Notes: generated from the sequence alone by a model not told the origin. A stretch of DNA of 30,261 nucleotides from Raillietiella orientalis (GCA_036172245.1 JAYWIR010000126.1:62001-92261), one strand, 5' to 3'; counted from the stretch's first letter, positions 12,574 to 24,605 are shown. A program made the numbers and translations.

Positions 12574-15500
12574 TGCCGGGACTCGCCACCTGCCGTCAAA
12601 TACGCATCGCCAGCTGGAACGTCAACGGGCTTTGCAATGACGGCAGGAGACGAGACATAGCTGCCACCTTGCAAGCCTTCGACCTCGTGCTGCTGCAGGA
12701 GATCCATGAGATTTCCGCAGAACATGCGCGGGAGATCGAACGGATAGCAGGTGGTCAGCTTATGTGGCGATGCGGCCACCGCCGTACGCGCGGGGTCGCT
12801 TTCCTTCTGAAGCCTGCCTTACAACGCGCGGTGCGGAAAGTTCGTTTCGATGAGGCAGGTCGGGTCGGGCAAATCCCCTTCAGGTGGTCCGACTCCATCA
12901 ATCTCGTCGTCACGAACGTGTACGCGCCGAGCGGCGGTCACGCGCGCGTGGCACGGACGGCGTTTTTCCGTGCGTTCAAGCGCGACTGGCTGTCGGAGGC
13001 AGGCGCGCGCACGGCGCACCTGATAGCCGGCGATTTTAATATTCGCCTGCTATCAGGTGCGGCGAGGACAGAGGCCACCCCGGTTAACGAGATGTGCGCT
13101 GCGGTGCACGCATCCAACTTGTTAGCTGGGGATACCGGGATGGAACGGAGCGTGGACCACGTCTTCCTCGACGATCATCTGCGCTGTCGCGTGGGCAGGC
13201 GAGGTAAGATACAGTCCGCAGTCTCCGACCACTCCCGCGTGGAACTCGTCATTCGCCCGCGCGACAGGGGGCCTCCCGCGCAGGCGTGGCGTCTACCGGG
13301 GGACTGGCTGACCAAGCCAGGCGCAGCGGAACACCTCCGCGCGTTCTTGCGAGGTTTCAGCCTGCAGACGCTCGACGACTGGGACGATTTGAAAGTCTCG
13401 GTGCGAGAGTTCTGCCAACAGTTCCCCATGGACCGTCTCCCGAAAGGATTTGGAGAAGGTGTTCGGAACGATAGGGCTTACCTGCAGGCCCGTAGTTACT
13501 CCCGAACACCAGACGTCCGAAGACTGGCGGAATTTAAAGCCGGGGCCGAGCGGCAGGCCTGGCAATCGGGGTCGCCCAGCCTGCTGGACGACGAAGGCCA
13601 AGAGCACTCGGCCCCGGCAGAGGTGAGTAGCCTAGTGCACGACTATTATTCTTCCCTGTACACCAGGGTGCCTCCAGACCGGGAATTTTTCCAATTTTTG
13701 CTTCCGGACGGTGCCCCGGCGATCGGGGAAGAAGAGAGAGTACGCCTGGACGAGCCTTTCACGATGGGTGAAATCATCACCCCAATAGGGAAGCTCAAAA
13801 GGCGGAAGTCACCGTGGGAAGACGGCCTGCCCGCGGAGTTTTTTCAGTGCTTCGAGGCGGAGCTGGCTCCCCTGGTGCAGCGGCTAACGCTGCTGATCCG
13901 GGAGACAGGAGACGTTCCCGCCTCCTTCCGATCGGCACGTATGCGTCTCCTACCGAAAGGAGGAGACTTACGGAACCTCAACAATTGGCGTCCGATTACC
14001 GTACTGAACGCGGACGCCAAGCTGGTTGCGAAGCTATGGTCGGAGCGAATGGGGCGGGTGGCGGAAAGCTTCATCAGCCCGGAGCAGACCTACGCTGTTC
14101 CCGGGCGAAGCATGGACGCCAACCTGCTCTTCGCGAACACCTGGTTCGAACTTCAAAGAACCAGAATGAATGGAGGGAACAAGGTCGGCAGCCCGATTTG
14201 CAGGACGTCCGCTGGTGGTTCGCGGGATAGTAGGGAGAGAGAAGGGGCCCTCGCGGTCGCTGTCGATTTGCGGAAAGCATTCGACAGTGTCGACCAGGAG
14301 CTCCTGCTGGAGCTTCTGAAGCGCTTGGGCTTCCCGGCATCCTTATTGGCCTTTTTGCGCTCTTGCTGGCGCGACGCGCTGACCAACATTTCTTTCAGGG
14401 GAAGGAACGTGTTCGGTGTGCCGGTGCGCCGCGGAATACGGCAGGGTGATAGCTTGAGCCCCTTGCTCTTCAGCACCTACTTCGAGTTGGTGCTGATGGC
14501 ATTCAGGGAGACTCTTGGTCGCCTGCCGCGCGTGTGCCCAGGTACACCGGCCTTGGCGGCGTATGCGGACGATCTTCTGCTGCTGCTCCCCATGTCCACC
14601 TGGGCGTCGGCAATCGAAAACTTTTTCGAGCTGCTGCGTCGCGGGACAGGACTGGAGGTGAACAGAGGAAAGTCGTCCGTTGTTGCAGTCGGTTCCTCGT
14701 GGGCAGAGCAGCTAGACTGGTCTCGCTTGGGGATCCGCACGGTACGGTACCTTAAGTACCTCGGTGTGCCGTTGGGGGACTACTCCCAACGGAACAATGG
14801 TCTTGCTGCCTCCAAAAGGCCGAGAGAGCGATCGGCCCGTTCCTGGATGGCAAGTTCTTCTTGCCGGAACGTGCCGTGCTGTGGAACACTTTCGTGGCCC
14901 CCCTGTTTCGCTCCTTGCTTTTTGTTTGTCTATCACCCCGTGGTGTGAGAACACGTACAAAGGACCTCCTCAGAATCGCCATCTGGGGCAGAGAAAGGCC
15001 CCGCGCGCGTTGGAAGGACTTGTGCGCCCCTCGTCGCGATGGGGGCCTTGGCCTCCTCACGCTGGAGCGCCTCGAACTGCAGCTGCAGTTCCGAACAATC
15101 GCCCTAGTGGCGAAGTTGTGGAGCGCCAGCTGGTGCGAGCCTGCACGATGCCTGGATCAGCGAGTCGGCGGCTGTGCGGGAATGTCTACCTTCCTAGCGC
15201 GCCTAAAAAGCCGGTACCTGTTCCACTGCGGACTGGCTCTTCGGCGAGTGGCGAAGCTGACCAGGAAGAACACCTGGATCTCCTGCCGGCCCGCGAACAA
15301 CACTTCCTGGTTGCAGGAAAGCCTTCGCACGTGGGCCCAGATCGAGGAAGCGAGCCCGGAGTTGCGGCATCGAATGCTGCACTCCTATCATAAGAGGCGC
15401 TCGCTGCAGGACATCATCGTGCAGCCCGCCTTGAGTGCGTGGGCTGAGAAGACCTCCCTTGCCACAGCTCTGTCTCACCTGAAAGAACATCTGGGCAGTA

Positions 15501-16138
15501 GCCAGCCGGCCATGTGGGAGGTCCGGTGTACGATCAGGGACACTGAGAAAGAACAAGGTGGTTGGACCACGGGTTAGCTTGCTGATGCCGCGATCCCAAG
15601 TTCCCCACCGAGAGGACTGTTGCGCTGGGGCGAGCTGCTGTGCATCCCGCGGGATGAACTTGAGTGGCCCCCAGTGCTGAGGAATACTCGGGCCCTCCCC
15701 CTAAAGTGGCAGGAGTCGGCGTTCCTGGTGTTGCACTGGAGACTCCCCAGAAACGCCCGCCGCTCTCATTGGACGAGGGGGGTTGTGGACCCAAACTGTG
15801 TTAGGTGCAGGGAACGAGAAACTCTCCCGCACCTGCTCGTTGACTGTGTTGCCCTGCGGCCCCTGTGATTGCGCTTTGCAACAGCCGTTGGTGCACCCTT
15901 GCACGCTCCCAGAGACGTTTTAAAGCGCCTCTTCGTGCGCGACGCCCTTTCGCCTGCCGCAACCCTTGCAGCCCTCTGCTGCCTACAAGGGATTGTAGCG
16001 GCTTGGAGCACCGCCACTGGTGGACCGAACGATAGGGACATCTTGTGCTACGCCCTGCGCTTCCTGAGGACGGCAGCCAGATGGACCCATCTGGGACACA
16101 TGCAGTTTGAACTTGCCGGCATCCTGCAAAGGATGTAG
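12573..16138 (+). pseudogene. ORF2 of E (APE-RT-CCHC); 791-codon open N-terminal portion, frameshift near 14785, later stops
   Basis: SWNVNGL, LLQE, NVYAP, GDFN, SDH, WRPITVLNAD, DLRKAFDSV, RQGDSLSP, YADD, CVRCRERETLPHLLVDC. Confidence 0.95.
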
Positions 16139-16400
16139 AGGACGTCTCCAGCGGAACGTGATCCCTTCCCCAACCCCTCCCTGCTTTTGTAAATAGTGTT
16201 TTCTTTTTGTTTTTTTCTATTTGTCCCTTCCCCCTCCGCTGCCGAGTCGACCTTGGGAGCCTGCGTGCTGCCCACTCGGCGAGTTCAGAAGAACATCTTC
16301 TGAACACTGTAGGGGAGATAGCCCTACATTTGCTTGTTTATTTTTTTTTCATTAAAGAAATAAACGCCCCGGCGCACCCGGGTGTAAAAGCAGTGCCGAC

Positions 16401-18655
16401 TGTTGCCACTTCATGGGGAGGGTGCGGGAGTCCATGAGCACCGGGGGCCACTCGAGATGTTCCTCTGGAACATCCAGCAGCTCTCATCAGCGCAACAGTC
16501 CATTTGGGGTGGTCCTAGGGGTCGCAGCGTTGGTGAGCTGACCCGTCCTCCAATCCCCGATCTTCTTTGCCCTGCTGGCGAACTTGACAGTAACCTCCCA
16601 TTGTGCCGCGACGTCGCTGCCCAGATGTTCCCGTAGGGTAGGCAGTACCGCAGGAAGGGAGGTTCTGTGTGCCCACGCTCTCCTTCGGGGATTCTCGATG
16701 ATTTCTCGGAGCGTGCGGTGGGCATGCGGCCCGAACAGAGCTATGCGCTCGTGTTGCGGGCTCGGCTCCTGAATCATCGCCCACGTGCGGACGGTTTCCT
16801 GCAACCAGGCAGGACCGTTCGCGGGGCGTACGAGGAACCGCGCCGAGTTGTTCTTCACCAGCTTGGCCGCCCTCCGAAGTTGAAGTCCGCAGTGGCAGAT
16901 GGGGCTTCGGAGTGCAAATTAAGACGAGAGTCCCGCATTGCCAATGGCCCGCTCGACGAGGAGACGTTCAGGGAGGCACCAAGGGGTGCACCAATTTTCT
17001 GCCGTAAAGGCAACAACTCGGAACTGGAGCTGTAGCTCCAGCCGCTCCTACCTCAGGAGGCCCAGACCACCATCCCAACGAGGAGCGCACAAATCCAAAA
17101 GACGGACTGGGGGCCTCCCTCTGCCCCAAAGGGCGATCCTCAGGATGTCCTTCGTCCTCTTCGTTGAATCCGCTCAGGGGGGGCAAAAAAAAAGCAAGGG
17201 GCGAAGGAGGGGGGCCGCAAACGCGTTGCACGCCGCGGCCCGTTCCTGCAGGTAGAACCTGCCGTCCTGGAACGGGCCGATCGCCGCCTGAGCCTTCTGA
17301 AGGCAGCCGGACCACGCTTCCCCATGGGAGCAGTCCCCCAACGGCACACCAAGGTACTTGAAGTACCTCACCGTGGGGATCCCCAAACAGACCCAGTCCT
17401 GCTGCCCTGCCCACGCCGCTCCGACTGGCATTACGGACGACTTCGCCGTGTTCACCGTCAGTCCTGTTCCCCGACTCAGCAGGTCGAAGAAGTCCTCGAC
17501 CGCCTAGGCCGGGGTGGACATAGGCAGCAGCAGCATAAGGTCGTCCGCGTACACCCAAACCGCAGGCGTATTGGGACAATCGCCCGGCAGGTGCGCAAGA
17601 GTCTCCATGTACGCTCTCAGCACCAATTCGAAATAAGCGCTGAAGAGCAAGGGGCTGAGGCTGTCTCCCTGCTGTATGCCGCGTCGCACCGGTACGCCGT
17701 ACACGGTGAATCCCATAAAAAAAACATTAATAAGCGCGTCGCGCCAGCTGGAGCGCAGGTAGGCCAGCAAAGAGGCCGGGAAGTTCAAGCGTTCCAGAAG
17801 CTCAAAAGGAGTTTCTGGTCGACGCAATCGAATGCTTCATGCAAATCGACTGCTACCGCGAGGGCTCCTCTCCCCTCCCGACCATCTCGTCTTCCACCGA
17901 CGGACGCATTGGAATTCCGGTTGCTTATTATGCTCCTTCCTTGTTGGAGCTCTAACCATGTGGAAGTGTGGAACAGGTTGGCCTCCATACTTCGCCCGGG
18001 AACAGCATATGTCTGTTCCGAGCTGATGAAGATGTTGGTGACCCGTCCCAGGCGCTCTGCCCACAGCTTGGCTAGCAACTTGGAGTCCGCATTCACTATT
18101 GTGATAGGATGCCAGGTGTTCATGCTCCGTAGGTCTCCTTTCTTCGGGAGGAGCCGCACCTTTGCTGAACGAAACGAGGTGGGAACGTCACCTGTTTCAC
18201 GGATCAGCAAGGTGAGCTGATGTACCAGGGGAGTAAGCTCTGCCGCGAAAGCTTGATAAAACTCCGCAGGCAGGCCGTCCTCCCCTGAAGCCTTTCGCCT
18301 CTTGAGCTTTCCGATGGCGGAGGTGATCTCGCCCATCGTGAAAGGCTCGTCGAGGTTCCTTTTCTCCTCCTCCTTGATTGCTGGAGCACCTTCCGGAAGC
18401 AGGAGTTGTGAGACAGCCTGCTCCGGAGGCGCCCTGGCGTACAGGGAGGAGTGAAATTTCCTCACTATCCCGCGTTTCTGAGCGGGAACCGAGTGCTCCC
18501 GGCCCTGGTCGTCCAACATGCTGGCCGACTCGGATTGCCAGGCTTGCCTCTCGGCTCCCGCTCGATACTCTGCTAACCTGCGCATGTCAAGGGTTCTCGC
18601 GTAACGTCGGGCCTGAAGATAGCACCTTTCGTTACGCGGCCCCTCCTCAAATCCC
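16401..18655 (-). pseudogene. ORF2 of H, middle part (linker, RT, thumb)
   Basis: ORFs 17785-18585, 17504-17827, 17174-17455 and 16487-16858; DLHEAFDCVDQ, QQGDSLSP, YADD, KYLGVPL. Confidence 0.92.
18645..18655 (+). repeat. Left TSD of element G (CCTCAAATCCC); partner CCCCAAATCCC at 20666-20676
   Basis: 10/11 identity; encodes host G-F-(E/G) on the minus strand. Confidence 0.82.
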
Positions 18656-18756
18656 TCTCCTAGAGAGCGGACGTGTTTTTCCGGCGCTCCGCGAACGAGC
18701 AGCGGAAAGCGGTTTTTTCTAGTTCAGTGTGTGCTTTTTCACATCGTTGGTGTCCG

Positions 18757-19623
18757 ATGGAATCGCTGCCAAAAGACACCACGATGGAGGTAGGCGTGAT
18801 GGAGGCTAGCCCCCCCCCACGACCTACAGAATCAGAAGCATCCGTCCCGGAATCGCTCTCGTCTCCCAAGACGAGGAGCTGGAGCGCCATGGTCACCGCG
18901 CAGAGCGCGGAAACCTTGGCTGAGCAAGCGGCCTACAGGGCCTCCGGATATAAACCATCCTTGGTTTATAAGGTAGGAAACCTGTTCGACGGTCGCACCG
19001 CGCGTGTCTTTAGCAAGGCACTACAGAAATTCCCCGTGCGTGAGGAGGATCTTGACGGCCTCGCCGTACTCAGCGGGGGGCAACGCGTGGAGGTCGTCTG
19101 CAAAGACCTAGCCTTAGCACAGCGCCTCATCAACACCCCGCTGAATGTGGCTGGCCGAAAGATCCTACCCGTTAGCATGGACCGCTCCGTACTGGTGCAT
19201 CTAACGGGGATCACGAACCGCATGACGCGCTCTGCGGTGAACGCGGAATTGAAGAAATACGGAGATGTGCACGCGCTTTGGCCAAAGCCAACCATTTTTG
19301 ACGGCTATAACAGCCTCTTAGGTGGCCAGGCAGCAGCGCGTGTCAAAGTGAACGAGAATGCTGGGTTAGCCCACAAACTGGAGGTAGGGAAGGAGCTAGT
19401 TGACCTCTGGTACGTGGGGAAACCCCGCTATTGTGGCTACTGCGATGCAGTAGGGCATGTGCGCAGGCGGTGCCCGAATATCGAGTACCACTTGTGCGGA
19501 GAAAACGGACACGTCCGTCGTGTGTGCCCTAAACGCCCTGGTCAGAGATTACGGCTGGACGGTATGCAGCCCCGCCAACTCCTCCGCCTGGCTAGAGGAA
19601 TCCGTTGCGACGTGGGCAGCTGA
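18757..19623 (+). CDS. Truncated but open ORF1 of G (288 aa from ATG, zinc knuckles, aberrant C-terminus)
   Basis: Uninterrupted frame MESLPKDTT...CGYCDAVGHVRRRC...YHLCGENGHVRRVC (second knuckle has C to Y); expression unknown. Confidence 0.6.
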   Translation: MESLPKDTTMEVGVMEASPPPRPTESEASVPESLSSPKTRSWSAMVTAQSAETLAEQAAYRASGYKPSLVYKVGNLFDGRTARVFSKALQKFPVREEDLDGLAVLSGGQRVEVVCKDLALAQRLINTPLNVAGRKILPVSMDRSVLVHLTGITNRMTRSAVNAELKKYGDVHALWPKPTIFDGYNSLLGGQAAARVKVNENAGLAHKLEVGKELVDLWYVGKPRYCGYCDAVGHVRRRCPNIEYHLCGENGHVRRVCPKRPGQRLRLDGMQPRQLLRLARGIRCDVGS

Positions 19624-20449
19624 ACCTCCAGACTTCCCCGGACTGGAACCGCCTTCGATTCGGTCCCAACGACCGCTGCACACTGCGGAGTAAACTGGAG
19701 TGTCCCGCCAGGAGCACGTGGGCGCAGCCACCTTTCTAGCTTTGACCCTGCCCTTCCTCCGGAGAACTTTAACCAGCGGCCGCAAGCCGAATTGGCAAGT
19801 CTCCTGCCGAATCGCAGGCAAGGAGAAGAAGATGAGCGGTTAAACCATGGGAGAACTGGCGGATGCCACGACCCCGAGTGCCCTCCCTCGTGGACTTCGT
19901 CGATGGGGCGAGCTGCTCGGCATTCCGACGAATGACCTGAAGTGGCCCTCAATACTGATAAGATCCAGTCTTCTCCCCCTGAAGTCGCAAGAGTCGGCGA
20001 TGCTGCTGTTGCACTGGGGTCTACCCTGCAACGCGCGCCGCTTTCACTGGACGCGGTAGAGTGTAAGGCCTGAGTGTGCCAGGTGTGGAGAGCGAAAATC
20101 GCTCCCCCAGCTTCTAGTTGACTGGGCTGCCCTCCTTCCCCTGTGGGAACGGTTCGGGACGACCTTCGGTCTCCCAACGGGCAGCGCGGCCAGAGACGTT
20201 CTTCGGCCCCTCTTCGTGCGGGACGCCCTACAGCCCGCTGCAGCTCTCGCAGCCCTCTGCTGCATCCGGGGCATCGTGGCGGCATGAAGCGACATTCTTG
20301 ACGAAGAAGTGGATGCCAACGTGAGGGATGTCATCCCGTATGCGGTCTGCTTCATGCGGAGAGCAGCGAGATGGCCCCATCTGGGAAGCATGAAGATGGA
20401 CCTGGAGGGAATCCTGCGAAGGATGGACCCTCCTCTATGTGGAACGTGA
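19538..20449 (+). pseudogene. ORF2 C-terminal remnant of G
   Basis: AWLEESVATWA, ELADATTPSALPRGLRRWGELL, LLLHWGLPCNA, RWPHL, with stops and frameshifts. Confidence 0.85.
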
Positions 20450-20676
20450 TCTTTTCCTCTCCCTTCAAACTCTTTGTGTTTTCCTTTATTTTTATTTTTA
20501 ATTTTGTTTTGATCCCCATCCCCCTCCACTGCCGAGGAGCGTCACGCTGGGCTGCGTCCCGGCGTCCCGGCAGGTCCGGTGTTGTGTGGCTATTAGTGGG
20601 GCCTTGTACCACGTTTTCTTGTAGTGTTCTTTACAATAAACGCTTCTTGCGTTCCTGAATGGGAACCCCAAATCCC

Positions 20677-21553
20677 GCAGGTAGGCGATGCAGGGGGAAC
20701 TGGTCGCAGAACTCCTGGACCCACCGCTTGAAGCGGTCCCAGTCCTGAAGTGTCTGCATCCAGAAGCTCCGAATAAACGTGCGGAGGTGCTCAGCCGCGT
20801 CGGGAAACTTCAGCCAGTCCCCTGGCAGACGCCACGCTGACGAGAGGGGGCCCTTGTCGCGCAGATGCACTTCGAACATGATCCGACCATGGTCCGACAG
20901 CTCGAATGGTACCTTGCCGCGCCTGCCACCCGAGAGCATTGGTGCTGATCAAGGTACACGTGATCGATGCTGCTTTCCATGGCCGTGTCCCCAGCCAACA
21001 AGTTGCGCGTGTTCATTTCTGCGCACAACTCGTTGACGCGGTCGTTCAGTGTATCCGGCGCACCTGAAAGCAGGCGCAGGTTGAAATCACTTGCGATCAG
21101 GTGCGCTTTGCGAACTCCTTCATCGGTCAGCCAATCGCGTCTCAGGGCAAGGTACAATTCCCTTCTTGCCTTCGCCCTCAACGCGGAGTTTCTGCTAGGA
21201 GCGTATAGGTTGGTGACGACCAGGTCGATAGAGTCGGACGAGCTGAGAGTCAGCTGACCGACGCGACCTGCGTCATCGAACCGAACGTCCTTTATTGAGG
21301 TCTCGATGGCTGGCCGAAGCAGGAAGGCGACACCGTTTGATTTCGCGGTGTCGCAACGCCACAACAGCCGCCCACCCGAGATCCGTTCGATCTCCCGAGC
21401 TTGATCTCCGGAGATCACATGGATCTCCTGCAGCAGCACCAGGTCGAAGGATGTCAGGGTGGCGGCCACGTCACGCTTCTTGCCGTCGTCGCTTAGCCCG
21501 TTCACGTTCCAACAGGCGATCAGAAGACGACGGCGAGAGGCGATTCCCGCCAT
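20677..21553 (-). pseudogene. ORF2 of H, APE endonuclease part, frameshift near 20940
   Basis: MAGIASRRRLLIACWNVNGL, LLQEIH, NLYAP, SDFN, IDHVYLD, LSDH. Confidence 0.92.
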
Positions 21554-22838
21554 TATGGCTAAGAAAGTGGCGTCGCGACACCTGCCGCGGGGCAGGTGTA
21601 GGAAAGGTCCATCGGTATGAAGACGGAGGCCTCTTCAGGCGCCTGGGGTACCTGTTCGGCCTCCATCCTCACCATCCCCTCCGTGTCCAAGCGTGGAATT
21701 CCCTTGGGCGACGGGTCCCGGGAGTTTCCCACGCTCATGGCACTCTCGCTACCGGAAGCCATCTCTTCCCCTTCGTCGGGGGAGACGATCTTCCGGGGCA
21801 TTGTGGACTTTTGTCCTGCCTTTTTGCGGGGTGCCGCGGAGATGAATGCTGTGTTTCCGGCCTTCACCTCGGGGTCGGAAGTGGCCGACTCCTGAGGGGA
21901 AGCCGGACGCCTGACGACCTTCTTGCCAGCCTTGGGGGCAACCGGCTGCAGCGAGGCAGCCAGCTCCTCCGCGGCGCGCTCGAAGGCGACGTCATCGAGC
22001 GTGGGCTCGATGACGGACGCCGCCGCCTCGCTCCCCTTCTTGTTGACTTTGTCAGCGGAGGGTTGAGCAGAGGCAGCAGCGAGTTCTTTAGCGCCGCATC
22101 CGTCGATGGCGGGAATCCGCTCTACAACGAAGCAACAGCTTTTAATTTTTACGCTGCGCAGAGCAGTTTCGCTCCGTTTCCCCACGTTCTTTTCCTTCTT
22201 ATGGGAGTTTTTCTTGGGGTCGACCTTCTGCCACCCTGGCTCTTGACCCTCGCCCTCGACCTTTTCGGCGGTTTTCGCCAAGTTCTCGGGGCTGTCCTTC
22301 GCCTTGGTGGCGGAGGTGACCTCCTTAGCAGCAGCACGAGCTGCAAGCTTCTTTCTCTTTTTAGCCGCTCCCTTTCTCACGTTTTTCGCGGACACGAAGC
22401 AGACTGTGTTTTGGGGGCACACCAGACAGGTGTGCCCGCTTGTTTGCATTGCTGGCACTGCACGCTCGGACACCTCATTTCAAGGTGACGAAAGCTGCTG
22501 TAGCAGCCGCAATACTTGGGTTTCCCCACGTACCACACGGCAACGGATTCACCGTTGACGGTGAGTTTGTGGGGAATCTCACATCCCTCGCGAACCGTCA
22601 CTCGCGCTGCACCCAGGCCGCCAAGCATCCCGTCGTAATCGACAAAAGGAGTAGGCTTTCCCCACAGCGCGTGGACAGTCAATTCGTTCCGGACGGCCTC
22701 CTTCGTCATCCGGAACGTGATACCGGTCAGGTGAATGATCACCGAACGGTCTTCAGTAATGGGGAGAAGCCTCCGGCTGCCCATAATTACGGAAGTTCCC
22801 AGAAGTCTCTGCGCAAGAGTTTCCTCCTAGCAGATAAC
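21553..22838 (-). pseudogene. ORF1 of H, N-terminus missing, frameshift near 22430
   Basis: ORFs 22377-22784 and 21559-22473; WYVGKPKYCGC, CQQCKQAG, GWQKV. Confidence 0.88.
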
Positions 22839-24605
22839 GCTCTCAGTATCAACTGAAAGTAGGTACTGAAGAGCAAGGGGCTCAGGCTGTCTCCTGCCGG
22901 ATCCCACGCAGCACCGGCACGCCGTGCACGGTCTGCCCGCTAAAAGTGACATTGATGAGCGCGTCGCGCTAGCAGGAGCGCAGAGAGGCCACTAATGAAA
23001 CCGGGAAGCCCAAGCGTTCCAGAAGCTCCAGAAGGAGATTCTGGTCGACGCAATCGAATGATTTTGGCAAGTCAATTGCGAACGCAAGGGATCCCTCCCC
23101 CACCCGACCATCCAACCTCTTGCCGGCGCACGCACCGGAATTCCGGCTGCTTACCACGCTCCTTTCATATTGGAGCTCTAGCCACGTGGAAGCGTGGAAC
23201 AGGTTCGCCTCCATGCTTCGCCCGGGAACAGCATATGTCTGTTCCGGGCTGATAAAGATGTTTTCTACCCGTCCCACACGCTCTGCCTAAACCTCAGCCA
23301 GCAACTTGGCGTCCGCATTCACTATTTTTATGAAACGCCAGTTGTTAATGCTCCTCAGATCTCCTCCCTTAGGGAGGAGCTGCACCTGTGCCGAACGAAA
23401 CGAGGCGGGAACATCACTTGTTTTGCGTATCAGCAAGGTGAGTTGCTGTACCAGGGGGGTAAGCTCAGCCTCGAAAGTTTGATAAAACTCCGCAAGCAGG
23501 CCGTCCTCCCCTGGAGCCTTTCGCCTCTTGAGATTTCCGATGGCCGAGAGGATCTCGTCCATCGTGAAAGGCTCGTCGAGGTTCTTTCTCTGCTCCTCCC
23601 CGATCGCTGGAGCGCCTTTTGGAAGCAAGAGTCGTGAGACGTTCCTCTCCGGAGGTGCCCTGGCATACAGGGAGTTGTAGTAACTTCGCAGCAGGCCGCG
23701 GATTTGGGCAGGTGCCGAGTGCTCCTGGCCCTGATCGTCCAGTAAGCTGGCCGATCCGGAATGCCAGGCTTTCCTCTCGGCTCCCGCTTTGTATTCCGCC
23801 AGCCTGCGGATGTCGGGGGTCCTGGCGTAACGACGGGCCTGCAGGTAGGCTCCTTTGTTACAGACCCCGTTCCAAAAACCCGTAGGTAGGCGGTGTAGAG
23901 GGAACTGGTCGCAGAACTTCTGGACCGACCGCTTGAAGCGGTCCCAATCCTGGAGTGTCCGCAGTCTGAAGCTCCGTATGAACGTGCGGAGATGTTCCGC
24001 CGCGTCCGGGAACTTCAGCCAGTACCCTGGGAGACGCCACGCTGACGAGAGGGGGCCCTTGTCGCGCGGATGGATCTCGAGGACTAGCGGGCGATGGTCG
24101 GACAGCTCGCACGGTAACTTGCCGCGCCTGCCCACGCGAGGACACTGGTGCTCGTCAAGAAACACGTGGTCAATGCTGTCTTCCACCCCCGGTGCACTGG
24201 CCAACAGATTACAGGTGTGCACCGCCATGCACACCTCGTTGACCAGGTCACGCTCGGGATTCTGCTCATCTGGTTTCAGGCGAACGTTGAAATCGCCTGG
24301 AACCAGATGGGCATTCCGCACGCCTGCTTCGGTCAGCCAGTCTCGCCGGAGGGCAAGGAAAAACTCTTTCCTCGCCCTCCTGTTCATCAAGTCCTTGCCG
24401 CTCGGTGCGTACACGTTCATCACGATCAGATCCATCGAGTCGGACCAGCTGAGAGTCAGCTGGCCGACATGACCGTAATCGTCGAACGGCACGCCCCGAG
24501 CCGCGGCCTCGACGGCTGGCCGGAGCAGGTAGGAGACACCGCAACATTTCGGTCTCCCACACCTGTACCATAGCCGCCCTTCGGAGATCCGCCCTCCGAA
24601 GATCC
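22838..24605 (-). pseudogene. ORF2 fragment of I (partial APE, linker, N-terminal RT)
   Basis: NVYAP, GDFN, IDHVFLD, LSDH, KAPGEDGL, DLPKSFDCVDQ; stops at 23287 and 22969. Confidence 0.92.

Larger units (their letters stand above)
10897..16388 (+). mobile_element. LINE copy E, full length (about 5.5 kb)
   Basis: 5' GGTCAGACGTG, ORF1, ORF2, 3' UTR, AATAAA at 16359, terminal hairpin, TSD. Confidence 0.95.
18663..20665 (+). mobile_element. LINE copy G, about 2.0 kb internally deleted element (both termini, ORF1 core, ORF2 C-terminus; no APE or RT)
   Basis: 5' GAGAGCGGACGTG; ORF1 to CPKRP joins directly near 19538 to post-RT ORF2 sequence; 3' UTR, AATAAA at 20635; TSD. Confidence 0.92.
10237..22838 (-). 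mobile_element. LINE copy H, 5' end lost; own sequence at 22838-20677, 18655-16401 and 10896-10237; contains nested G and E
   Basis: Minus-strand ORF1 remnant, ORF2 continuous across both inserts once TSDs are collapsed (LPAGFG|xGxRNER and WQQSA|VLVLHWG), 3' UTR and AATAAA at 10266-10261. Confidence 0.9.

Noticed and set aside
17324..22488. Long plus-strand ORFs 17324-18220 (298 aa) and 21295-22488 (397 aa), and other antisense ORFs such as 2704-3471 and 29276-30007
   Set aside because: Shadow frames opposite GC-rich LINE ORFs; no recognisable motifs and not conserved between copies
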